Shown here: piece by piece, positions 51,861 to 64,000 of the stretch | Layout: each line of letters starts with the position of its first letter | Numbering within the stretch: position 1 is the first letter of the stretch | Made by a program: the position numbers and the translations under genes | Notes under the pieces: model-generated | What the model was told of the DNA's origin: nothing | Databases searched by the model: none | The model's input: the letters and a program-made list of their open reading frames with translations, nothing else | Assembly (NCBI GenBank): GCA_002633005.1 | Contig: NMRA01000266.1 | Location: forward strand, 136,544 to 200,543 | Reading direction: 5' to 3' | DNA length: 64,000 bases | Origin: Phoronis australis | Taxonomy: Eukaryota; Animalia; Phoronida

Positions 51861-53872
51861 ATATACCACTGACGTCATTCGTTTGAGTGGTCTATCTTAT
51901 ACACAGGATATACCAAGAAGCCTGACAACAGTGAGCTTCACGTCTTCATGTGAAGCAATTACTGTGCAGGACACTTCATGAAGAAAATTCATTTCAAACA
52001 CTCTGTGTGCATTTCATTACAGGTCCCAAATAATCTCACGAATCCCAATAAAATAACACGGACAAAATCGTCGTTGATTCCTTGTCCCCCGATTCACGAG
52101 CAAGCTGGTTCAGAAGCTCTAACAGCAGTGCAATGAGATTCTCCAAAATTTGCTTATCTGTTAACCAGCGCACAGTGTACAGTACCATGAATGGTTACCA
52201 CAAATTCTCTGTAAGCGATAAAGATAATCATTAACATATTCTACCAATGAGACCAGTTGTGTGTCCCTGATTTAGTAGTTTGAACATGCTGTATCAGGTG
52301 AAGGCGACTCTTCCTCTTATCTATGGCTTTTTGGAACACAGGAAGTTGTTTAGCACCTGTTTAAAAGGAATTGACAAGTTTAAATTTCTTTTATGCAAAC
52401 ACGACAATACTACATACAAAATACACATTACATACAGACAAAGGTGTTTTCATATTGACGTGCATAATACCTGTGACTAATACATCGAGCTTTGAAATAG
52501 AACAAGGATCGAGATTTATTGTCAATAGGTGAATGTTAGATCGATAAGAAAATCAAGTTAACGGAAATATATATTATTTCCTGTTTCCACTGTGAAGATT
52601 GAAATAAGTTCACCCATCACATTTAAGTATTTTATGCACTATAGACAACTAAAACAACCCATAAACGAAAGTGTTGGTAGAACAAACACTTTCCTGATAG
52701 AAGACAACCTTCAAGGACAATGACAACTGCATATAAAGCTAAAAATCACCCATCTTGCGTATCGAAAAACCAATATTAACAACATCATTGATAAGTCATT
52801 ACCTCTGTATGCTCCTGACTCTCGTGGGAACATTTGTATCAAACATTACAGTATGCCACCATGTTTCAGTCCAATTGTTAAGTGTTATCAACTGTACATG
52901 TATCTAGATATGCAAACGACGCATATTCATATACATGTATGTATGTTACCTCACTCAGTCGAACGACGTGGTTACTTTTCAAATAACGAACTGAATGCTC
53001 TGTGCAGTGGTTTGTAACATAGTGTTCCAAAGCAAGTGGAATAATGGACAGTATCTTTATATAGAGCCAGTTTTTTTGATCATATAGTTTTTATACATGT
53101 ATACATTGGAGTATTGTGTTTTAGCCCAGAAAAGTCTAATCAGCTCTACGAGAACATGCAAAGCCTGTCAACAGACCTTCAGATAGTTGTGTTCTGTAAC
53201 TATGGTCATCAATATTTATACCTGATGACATCACACAGAATATCAATGAAAAACTAATATTCATTAAATTGCACGTTTAAAAATGAAATTAGTATTTCCA
53301 CTTAACTGGTATTTTAATGGCCAAAAGTAACACTTTTACTAAACAATTGTTATTCTGAACTTCTTCCTTAAACAGATTAGAAACGATTACCGATCCCTTA
53401 ACGCCATGCAGGCAACGATTGGCGATGTCATAAGCAAGTGAGATATAAAACGAATGCTCTACCACCAATTACGAGTATAATTGCGAGCTCTAACTCTAAG
53501 CACTGGTCTATGCAAGGGGGTAAGGTGGCAGGTAAAACGGGGCATGACACACTGTTCAAATGCAAAATCCCTCGCGGTACGGTAGACAAGGTGCCTAAAC
53601 TACACGGTTTACGGACTCACAAGCACGGTCACGAACCCATGAACACGACTCACGTACATGCAAACACCATTCACTGACTCACAAACACGGGAACGGACTC
53701 TCAAAACACAATTCATTCACCCAAATACACGGGACAAGGACTAACCTTCAAGAGAAACATGGTTAACGGACCGCCAAACACGGGTCACTGACTCATCGGC
53801 TTCCTGGGTCACCTGACATCTACATTTTGTCCGTAAACCTTGTTTTTGCGGTCCGTTAATCGTGTTTCTTCG
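51860..53872 (+). repeat. ~2-kb duplicated segment, copy 1
   Basis: Colinear and highly similar to 59154-61162; begins after (TA)n and ends at the N at 53873, mid-MITE. Confidence 0.92.
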
Positions 53873-56800
53873 NCTCAACGTTTCGTCTTATTCAACAAGA
53901 CATCATCAGGATATGTACAGAGGGACAACAAGTGTCGATTACCCTTCAAGTCATATCCATGAAGTGAAATGAGAGTGAGAGATACAGGGAAAGTAATGTG
54001 CGGCAATTGTCCGTTTTCTAGTTCTGAAACGTGAGCAGATGACGCCATCTCTGTCAGGCTCTACGGTGTATGTTGATACCTTTGATAAAACTACTCTTCT
54101 ACAAACACGTTGAAACCATCGTGAATGACATTCTTGCTTAATTCGCCAATAAAAACTCTCACAGATGAAAACTTAATCATTTATTGATCTGGCACATAGT
54201 GAACTATTAATATCCAAATTATCTTTAAAATCAAATGATGGGCACCAAAATATAGGATACATGTACATCCATAGAAACAATATTTGTGATATAAATGTAA
54301 AAAGAGTTTCATCCTGCGCAACATACGGATCTTAGCAAGCTTCCAGTCACCACAATTTCAGACTCCGACCATCTTAGTGACAATTGCGACTACAAATATA
54401 ATTAAAGAAAATGTTATAGTTTTAGATTAAATCGTGTTTGCTTTCTTCATACAAAATGCTGATACATAGTGATTACCATTCTCAATAACTGAAAGCAGTT
54501 ATTTTTAAAGATGTTTAAACTGCAAAAACTGCAGTGCCATTTGACTTCTGTATTGTCTAATTAACAAAACTCTGAAAGGCTGTTGTTGAAGTGATGATGG
54601 TGACAATGAAGACCTTAGGGAACTGAGGTGGCACTATGTAGCTTAAGACACAAAAAACATAATTATGATATCCATTGCTACTCTCATCAAAGGCAGATGC
54701 TCTTAACTTTGCTACACCCTTATTAAATGTCCTGTGAACATCACTTTTAGCGTCACTAACACATCCCGATGACTCTTTTCCCTCCTCAGTGGGAACTGTC
54801 GTATTGTCATCACCACTTTCAGCATCACTGCATAGTTTGGTCATTTTTCCTTTAACCTAGAAGTTTCCAGACATCATACTAGTGACATTTGTATCACCTG
54901 AAAATAAAATTGAAATTTTAGACACTGCATTTTGCTATGATAAAAGTTCGAAGGTTGGACAGGAAATTGTTTTTCATAATACATGCATTGTGAAAGCTGT
55001 CATAAAATAGTTTTTGTCAATTTTAGGGATTTACAGGAATTTTATGTATATTTTACTATATTTAGGCCGGAGAGGTACCTACTTAGTTTCAAGTTTTTTT
55101 ACACTTTTTACAATTTTCTTAGTGTAGAACTTTAATCATTTGACAGGCATCCTTGCACACATTGCAAAAGCTGTCATTCCTGTGATGTATATATTTAGTA
55201 ATGGAATCTTTAGTTATACTTTACGCGTAACTCTCGTTAATATGGTGAAATACTTGACACCATGGCGTATGTATTTAGCTATGAAGTTTGTACATTAGAG
55301 CGACCGATTTTTGTTGTCGGACTAAGGATTGGAGCTAACACTGGAGCTTCGGACCATAGACATGGATCCTACATTCTTACTAAAATATACTATCTTACAC
55401 AAACAATAATATAACATTAACAATTATAATAACAATAATACTTTTGTGATTTCTTTGTAGTTCAAATCTGTTACGTGTGTCCCCTTTTAGCATTCCTGCA
55501 GGTCGATAGTCCAACGGGAAGTTAGTCGGAAAGACGTTTAAGGAGCAGTGGCCTTTTGGTCTTCTGAATTAAGTTGTGTTTTTCTTATTACTACTTTCAT
55601 TTTCATAGGTTTGTGGTCTCAAAACCAAAGGACCTTTATTCTAAAGAGTATTAACCCGAAAAATGCGTGCTTTGTTTGTTTGTGAAAAATTGACTTCACA
55701 AATAAGGAAACTAAACCATGTTTTGATGAATTCAACCAATTCTGGTCCTATCATTTGATAATGCATCATTGGCGTCAATCTTTGAAAGAGCTAGAATTAA
55801 CTAAAAACTCATGCCCCTATCTCGCATTTTGGTCCTTGGTGGGTTGTCTTTACCCACAGTTGCCGAGTAATTCTCCAAGGCGCAGGTCGTGCCTAGCCTA
55901 TTAGGAGACTTTCAAAATAGTTTCAAAATTTTCCGAACTTTTCAGAGTAGCGCAGCACTGAAAAAAATGGGGGGTTATAGCCCCCTGCACCCTGTTTTGC
56001 ACCGCCAATAGACCATGGGCGTCGGACCACTTAAAAAAGTGCGGGCTATAGCCCCCCCAGCCCCCTATGGTGCGCCGCCCATGTTACACGCCATTATTTT
56101 GTTCCAGAAAACTGGAGAGTTAAGTGTCTTTAGTCGGATGAGCTATTGGTCTGATTGGTCCACTAAGCATTACTATATCGCCGATTGGTGGGTTACAGGG
56201 CTAGGATGGCAAGAAAAAATTACCGAAAGAACCCTGCATTTTCAAAACAAAGTCTTTAACATTTGCATTCATAATAATTATTAATTGTGCTCAAATGTGC
56301 AGTCTTCTATAAGCTCTGATGCAATGTTATCACCCTAATCAATTTCAGACTAGCAATCCTTTGAACTAAAGTTCCTTTGCACTAGAGACTATCAAAGGTC
56401 CGTCGGAATACAGGATCGAACCACCCATCTCAGCGCAACTCGTATAGACATCATAAAACAATAAAGAAACAATACCTGAAAAGGTATTACCATATCCTTG
56501 GCATCAGCAAGAAATAAATTTTGAATCAAAAAAGAAATTGTATGGTAAAATTTGAAAAACAAGTAATTTTTTGTTGCAAGAAATACCTTTCAGACGATCT
56601 ATCAGAGTAAATTCATGGTTATTTTTGCAGAACTGAACACCTTGTGACGAAAACGGCACTCCCTCACTTCTTCATCTGAAACAAATTATAAATGCAGTGA
56701 TCTATCCTGCACCTTCACATTTGCAGTCATTTGTTTGGCTTATTTAAAGTTCTCTTCTAAATTTCCATTAACATGAGTTTGAAAGTTTTTAAGTAGTTCT

Positions 56801-59121
56801 ACTATATTAAATGGTTCACCTAGTTAACAATAAATATGTTAGGAAGCCAACTGCTGCAAATAACGAATTGTGCAATGTTTTACAATGCTAGTTGATTAAG
56901 TCTGAAAAACAGGCTGTATGCTAGCGGAACAAGAATCAAAATGACTCTGTAGTTACCTTATGAAAGTAAAAAATCAAAGTAGTGATTCATTATGACCTCG
57001 CACTCACGAGTTTAAAAAATAAAATTACAGAAGCTTTGCGAAAATTTGTAGAATCTGCGAAAATGTATATGTATATTTCCCATAATACTTTATTTATTTG
57101 AAACTAACACCACCTTCATAACTCACCCATGTGAAGTTGCATGTTTCCATACTCTGAGAAAACAAGCACCAAATTCTACCTTCATCTGTATCATTGTCAC
57201 TTGAATTGAATGGAGTGACAACATTCTCATCTGAAAAACAAATCAAAACTGTCAATAGAAATGAAATGCTGTCTATAGTCCAATGGGTCTATAGTTCAAA
57301 AACAATGGGATCTATAGTCCGAAAAGTCAATAGTCGGAACAGAAAACTAGCTAATAGTTTTTTCACATATTCTGTAATCTACAGAATTAAATGTCTTCAG
57401 GATTTCAGATAATTTTACATCATACTCTCCATCTTTCAAAATTCCGTAAAGCTCTGTAAAGCAGGCAAAGCTCTCTTTCTTGAAATTGTGGTCATTCAAC
57501 GAACAATAACCTGAACAAGCTAAGAACACTTACATGTATTCTTGGTAACTACCGACTTCGTAACGCAAGATAAAATTTCCCTTACTTCTTCGGACTATTG
57601 ACCGGTCGAGCCACAGAACCTTTAGACCAACCATCCCTTAATTATTGAGTCTTTTAAGCAGAGAATTCAAAGATATTTTAGGTATTTTTTTCACATGGTC
57701 TGCTCTGGTGTTTGTGCCGTCCTTTTAATGACAACAGAAAATATATTTAGTGAATACACATTCTAGGCACATAGTTAGTAAAGATTTGAGAACCTGTATA
57801 ATTTGGCAACTCACACAAAATAACTTCAGGAAATTATTTTACCCTGGAATTTCCCATTTCAAGTTTGAGATTTGGTTTTCAGTCACTGATTTCAAAGGCT
57901 TCATGTAAGGGTTGAAAAGGATCTAAGGTTGATACTAGACCCCTCACATTGAATCAATGTGAAAACATGAACTGTTTCATGCTTCATTAAGAAGATACTC
58001 ACATTTAAAGAACTGGGCAAACATCACAGCATATCTATACCTTTGGTCGCTAATTTTTCATTCTTGTTTGAAGTGTAAAATATTCTTTAAGGAAAAGTTT
58101 GTGCTTGACATTTACGATTGAACCAGACCAAACTGCAAAAGTTTTATGAGTGATTTGACTCAATGCCTCACGATATGCTTTAGTGTAAATGCTTCTTATT
58201 AAAATTTGTTATATGCATAGTTATTGCTTATCCATTTGATACAGGGATTCCATCTTAGAGGGCCTTTTGTAGCGTTCCAGTCCACAAAATGGACGAATTT
58301 CGTAGGAAAATCGCTATTGAAAGGGCACCCATTTAATTGTAAGGAGTTCTCTTAGAAAATGTACCATATCGCAGTGAATCTGGAAAATCTTACGAAGTGC
58401 GATAATTCTCAGCGATAAAAAGCAAAGAAATCTACAACTCTCTGGAATTTTTATAGTAAAAGAGATTCTTCAGCTCATAATAAAGAGGTGGTTAGATTTT
58501 GAAATATTTTTAGGAGGGACAGATGCGAGTATTTGACCGCATCTTCTGCATTAGAAATAGTTTGTAGGACCCTGCCAAATACATGTTAGCCATGATTATG
58601 CCAGTCTAATACATGAATTTGCAATAACTTAAATAATCAAAATATTAAGAAATTTGAAAGACTTACCATAGACTTGGATCTTGAATGTACCATCTTCTAC
58701 TCAAACATACTCATTTCAGATAAAACGAAGTAAAACTTGTCTCAACTCAAACTCTGAAACGGATGTTCAACTCCAACTCTATAACACTAAAATCAAAACC
58801 TCAGAGGCTTGTTACAGTGGAAGGTCAACTAAGTTAATGGGCATTACATAACACTGCACCAATGTAGGTCACATATGGCTGTCTGGAGCAGGGCACTCAT
58901 TAACAGTGACATCTTTTGGGAGGGCCTGATCAGAGTTATATATAGGATGTCCTTATGAAACCAAGTTGTTGAGAGAATACACGTGGAGACACTGTGCATA
59001 CCAAAGAACAGTTTCTGATAGGTCTGAAATTGTGGGGCATTATATATACCCCACAATTTTTTGCAACCCCACAGTAAAGGTCTCATATATAAAAATGCCC
59101 CAGATCTGTATAGTTCTCTTA

Positions 59122-59122
<1 letters not shown>

Positions 59123-59152
<30 letters not shown>
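59123..59152. repeat. (TA)n microsatellite
   Basis: Directly visible. Confidence 0.95.
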
Positions 59153-59153
<1 letters not shown>

Positions 59154-61162
59154 CATATACCACTGACGTCATTCGTTTGAGTGGTCTATCTTATACACAG
59201 GATATACCAAGAAGCCTGACAACAGTGAGCTTCACGTCCTCATGTGAAGCAGTTACTGTGCAGGCCACATCATAAAGAAAATTCATTTCAAACACGTTGT
59301 GTGCATTTCATTACAGGTCCCAAATAATCTCGCGAATCCCAATAAAATAAAACGGACAAAATCGTAGTTGATTCCTTGTCTCCCGATTCATGAGCAAGCT
59401 GGTTCAGAAGCTCTAACAGCAATGGAATGACGTTCTCCAAAATTGGCTTGTCTTTTAACCAGCGCACAGTGTACAGTACCATGAATGGCTACCACAAATT
59501 CTCTGTAAGCGATAAAGATTTTCATTAACACCTGCTATCAATGAGACCAGTTGTGAGTCCCTGATTTAGTAGGTTGAACATGCTGTATCAGGTGAGGGCG
59601 ACACTTCCTCTTATCTATGGCTTTTTGGAACACAGGAAGTTGTTTAGCACCTATTTAAAAGAAATTGACTAGTTTAAATTTCTTTTATGCAAACACGATA
59701 ATACTATATACAAAAATACACATTACATACAGACAAAGGTGTTTTCATATTGACGTGCATAATACCTGTGACTAATACATCGAGCTTTGAAAAGAGAACA
59801 AGGATCGAGATTTATTGTCAATAGGTGAATGTTAGATTGATAAGGAAATCAAGTTAACGGAAATATATATTATTTCCTGTTTCCACTGTGAAGATTGAAA
59901 TAAGTTCACCAATCACATATAAGTATTTTATGTACTATAGGCAACTAAAACAACCCATAAACGAAAGCTTTGGTAGAACAAACACTTTCCTGATAGAAGA
60001 CATCCTTCAAGAAAAATGACAACTGCATAAAAAGCTAAAAATCACCCATCTTGCATAACGAAAAACCAATATTAACAACATCATTGATAAGTTATTACTT
60101 CTGTATGTTACTGACTCTCGTGGGAACATTTGTATCAAACATTACTGTATGCCACCATGTTTCAGTCCAACTGTTAAGTGTTAACAACAGTATCTAGATA
60201 TGCAAACGACGCATATTTACACATGTATGTTACCTCACTCAGTCGAACGACGTGGTTACTTTTCAAATAATGAACTGAATGCTCTGTGCAGTGGTTTGTA
60301 ACAAAGTGTTCAAAAGCAAGTGGTATAATGGACAGTACCTTTTTATTGAGCCACTTTTGTTTATCATAGAGTTTTTATACATGTACATGTATACATTGTA
60401 GTATTGTGTTTTAGGCCAGAAAAGTCTAATCAGCTCTACGAGAACATTCAAAGCCTGTCAACAGACCCTCAGATAGTTGTGTTCTGTAACTATGGTCATC
60501 AATATTTAGACCTGATGACATCACACAGAATACCAATGAAAAACTAATATTCATTAAATTGCACGTTTAAAAATGAAATTAGTATGTCCAATTAACTGGT
60601 ACTTTAATGGCAAAAAGTAACACTTTTATTAAACAATTGTTATTCTGAACTTCTTCCTTAAACAGATTAGAAACGATTACCGATCCCTTAACGCCATGCA
60701 GGCAACGATTGGCGATGTCATAAGCAAGTGAGATATAAAACGAAAACTCTACCACCAATTACGAGTATAATTGCGAGCTCTAACTCTAAGCACTGGTCTA
60801 TGCAAGGGGGGTAAGGTGGCAGGTAAAACGGGGCATGACACACTGTTCAAGTGCAAAACCCTCGCGGTACGGTAGACAAGGTGCCTAAACTACACGGTTT
60901 ACGGACTCACAAGCACGGTCACGGACCCATGAACACGACTCACGTACATGCAAACACCATTCACTGACTCACAAACACGGGAACGGACTCTCAAAACACA
61001 ATTCATTCACCCAAATACACGGGACAAGGACTCACCTTCAAGAGAAACATGGTTAACGGACCGCCAAACACGGGTCACTGACTCATCGGCTTCATGGGTC
61101 ACCTGACATCTACATTTTGTCCGTAAACCTTGTTTTTGCGGTCCGTTAATCGTGTTTCTTCG
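59154..61162 (+). repeat. ~2-kb duplicated segment, copy 2
   Basis: Colinear with 51860-53872 with scattered substitutions and small indels. Confidence 0.92.
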
Positions 61163-61326
61163 TGAATGTGAGTCCGTGTCCCGTGTATTTAGGTGAATGG
61201 ATCGTGTTTTGAGAGTCCGTTCCCGTGTTTGTGAGTCAGTGAACGGTGTTTGCAGGTACGTGAGTCGTGTTCATGCGTCCGTGATCGTCTTTATGAGTCT
61301 GTTAACCGTGTAGTTTAGGTACCTTG
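60877..61326. mobile_element. 450-bp foldback MITE with 5-bp TSD
   Basis: CAAGGTGCCTAAACTACACGG...CCGTGTAGTTTAGGTACCTTG, ~200-bp inverted arms, GTAGA on both flanks; truncated copy at 53587-53872. Confidence 0.92.
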
Positions 61327-62198
61327 GTAGATAGTAGTACATGTAGTATGTTACGGTAGAAACTCGTTCAATCTAGCCTGCAGTATTCAATGCAATATAA
61401 TTGCCTACATTCATTCTGTGTCTGGCTGCGTATTCTAGCTCTTAACTCTGTTCATTGCAAAGGTCCCAGGTTGGCAGCCATTTCAGCCCCTCGATCACCC
61501 ACCCACCCTTCTTAGTCAAGCCACCTCTGGAAATGCCAGAATAATATACAGAATGGACAAGAAAAATAATTAAAACAGAAACAAAAACTCACGACAGACG
61601 AATTCATGTCCACCATTCCAATCACGGTGAAGGTTTACTTAACAGCTGCACACTAGATATCGCAAATGCTTGCTTAATCTCAAGATCACTCGCGTGAACG
61701 TGGAATAGAAATTTATTCCTAATTCACGCATGGCAGAATTTCCAGAAAGTTTCTGGGCGTTCATCTTATCTAGAACTGGAGATGTTGATTTAATTTCCCT
61801 GAATAATTCCAAGAATGTAAAACAGTAAACAGTGTCACCCCATGATAAACGTGTATCCTTAACTATGGCACCGTAGTTGCAAAATATATCAATAAAGTTT
61901 TCAGAGAAAACTTTGAACGAAATTTGTTATCGGCTGCTGTTTGGGTTGTGATAGAAAATAAAATCGTGTTGGAAACAATGTGGAAGCTGTGGTTGTTAGA
62001 AAACAATAACATGTTCCCTAAGCAGGGTATTTTGAAAATGTGGGTCAATTGGTGTGAATCGGTTTTCGTCTTAATTTCGTTTCTTAAGAAGTCATAGTCC
62101 GTTGGCTTGTGCAGATATGCCAGCAGATGTAGAGTTTTGTGTACAGCTGTGTTATTTCTTTGCTATATAGACTAAGTTCAACAATTTCCAACTGACAG

Positions 62199-62605
62199 CA
62201 GGGCCCGGTCTTCAATCTTTTTTCTCGAAATGGAACTCGAAATTAGGTTTGGCATTTTCTATTCTACTTTTGGACGAACTCAAGATAAGTGTCTATTATT
62301 CTATGCTCGAGTACACAATAACTTACGTAGATAATTTATTGCCCTTAGTTCACAGTTTGTAAACCCAATATTAAAGCAATAAGTTTGAGTTTGAACTCGA
62401 AATTTCGAGTTTTTACTCGAGTTTGTAGCACGAATATAAGAGTCTTCAAGGGCAAACTTGAACTAGAAACTCCTATGCATAAACTATATTGTATTCGAGC
62501 ACAGTCTGATAACCAATTATCTTAAGTTCGCACAAAAGGAGCAGAGAAATTGCCAAAAATAGTTTCGAGTTCATTTCGAGTACAAAGATTAGAGACTGGG
62601 CCCAG
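62199..62605 (+). mobile_element. MITE family 1, copy C (full length)
   Basis: TIRs gggcccggtcttcaatcttt..ctcgaaat / atttcgagtacaaagattagagactgggccc. Confidence 0.88.
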
Positions 62606-62645
62606 AAGGTCCTGGGTTCGAGTCCCGGTCGGATGCAGAAATCTT
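62606..62645 (+). mobile_element. tRNA-derived SINE head fragment (B-box)
   Basis: aggtcctgGGTTCGAGTCCcgg resembles a tRNA T-arm; no A-box or cloverleaf seen. Confidence 0.4.
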
Positions 62646-64000
62646 TTCGGACTCATATTCATTAGGTGACGTGATGTGACCAAAAAGATGGCGGATTGAA
62701 CGGGATAAACTGATTGCGGTTGGAATGACTGTTACTATGGCATCAGTGACGCCAGTGAGTGGTTTTATAATGACCAGAGCAACCATGTTCACGAGCTGGA
62801 GACATGTTGTCAAATCCTGTGATAGATTTCAAATTTGATATTTCCCAGGGCATTTGAAACGTAATTTCGTTCGCCTAGAACCTTACTATATTTTAAAGTG
62901 GCGCCTTTTGAATTCGTTCATATTTTTGTCTCGTTCTTTGGTATATACACATTTTATGAATATTTTTTATTTGATCGGATAGAGCTGCTGACATGTCCTT
63001 AAGTTGGGTGGGATAAGTGATTCGGCTACTAAAAGATCAGACCTTAGAACCCACTCCGGAATGTCGCTCAAAACTACTGAAAATGAAGAAAATATGGCTG
63101 GTGCACGGTTTTACAATCGACAGGAATTGATAAAAGCATACATTGTGAGCTTCAAAAAATTGCATCACGTTTGGTTTGAAATGAACTACCATTCTCAAAA
63201 GTGACTGCTAGATGGCGATGGTCTAAATGTTGTCCGAATTTCGGAAATTGTGTATGTTTCTTGTCTCTAGGTGTATTTCCTGTCACAGTTGCTGTCTTGT
63301 TCGTGTACGTCATTAATGCAAAAGGTATTAGAATAGAACACGCGTCTGGCGTCAAGCTCGGAATTAGTTTAGTGCACCACAAGGACGAACTTCAGCTTGC
63401 TAAGGTATTACTGGTGTATCACGTTTCGTGCGCATTTGCTTAATGATCAGTCACAACCATGTATCAGCACATGTCAGTGGATGTTCGCCTAGAGTGGGCA
63501 TCAGTCAACACCAACTACATGACAGTTCATGTACGCTTTCGGCAGTCAACCCCCGCTTAATCCAAGCGTTCTGTAAATAGCTATCGCATCGTTTGATTGA
63601 CTCAAACAATGACGACACGTACATGTATACTGTAACTCATCATCGCGTTCAAGTGACTCAATAAATGAAGACACGTACACTGAAACTCATTAACGCGTTT
63701 TTCCATGAAGAGTTAATGGTTTTCTCGACCACGCAGTCATATTTTAAGCACAAAGTCGTGAAACAAAGTCAGAAAAGTACTATTTTTGCTAAAAAAAATT
63801 ATAGTTTTTTTTCTGCATTTTTGAATCCAATTTGTAGAATATTTTTTCGAAATGGCGCCTGAGTGTCATACTGGACTGTGTACACATTCAGTTGTTTAAT
63901 ATAAACCAAAATGGCATCATTGGACTACATGCACGTATTGCTTGGTGTGTTTTGTTCCAATATGTATTGTTCAAGGAATTGTTGATGGCTGTAAAGTGTG

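Noticed and set aside
62606-62645. Possible tRNA gene
   Set aside because: Only a T-arm/B-box-like stretch; no acceptor stem, D-arm or anticodon arm

Overview
Animal (probably invertebrate) genomic DNA with spliceosomal introns, four N-gaps and many short repeats. (1) Minus strand, 1-39,506: a very large gene of tandem immunoglobulin-superfamily domains (C2/I-set-like, nephrin/hemicentin-type). It has 27 complete one-domain exons (9,216 nt, about 3,072 aa) plus one cut by the window edge. All complete exons are symmetric phase 1-1, and a nine-exon block is present twice. (2) A piggyBac transposon in one intron (16,299-18,012) with 14-bp TIRs, a non-canonical TTAG target-site duplication and a spliced transposase. 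(3) Plus strand, 48,059-50,008: a two-coding-exon gene for a 219-aa signal-peptide-bearing AID/APOBEC-like zinc deaminase (HAE...SPCxxC, SNAD-like), oriented divergently from the Ig gene. (4) MITEs, microsatellites and two gap-bounded duplications that may be assembly artefacts. Exon boundaries were read by hand from splice sites and frame continuity; family names come from motif recognition, not database searches.
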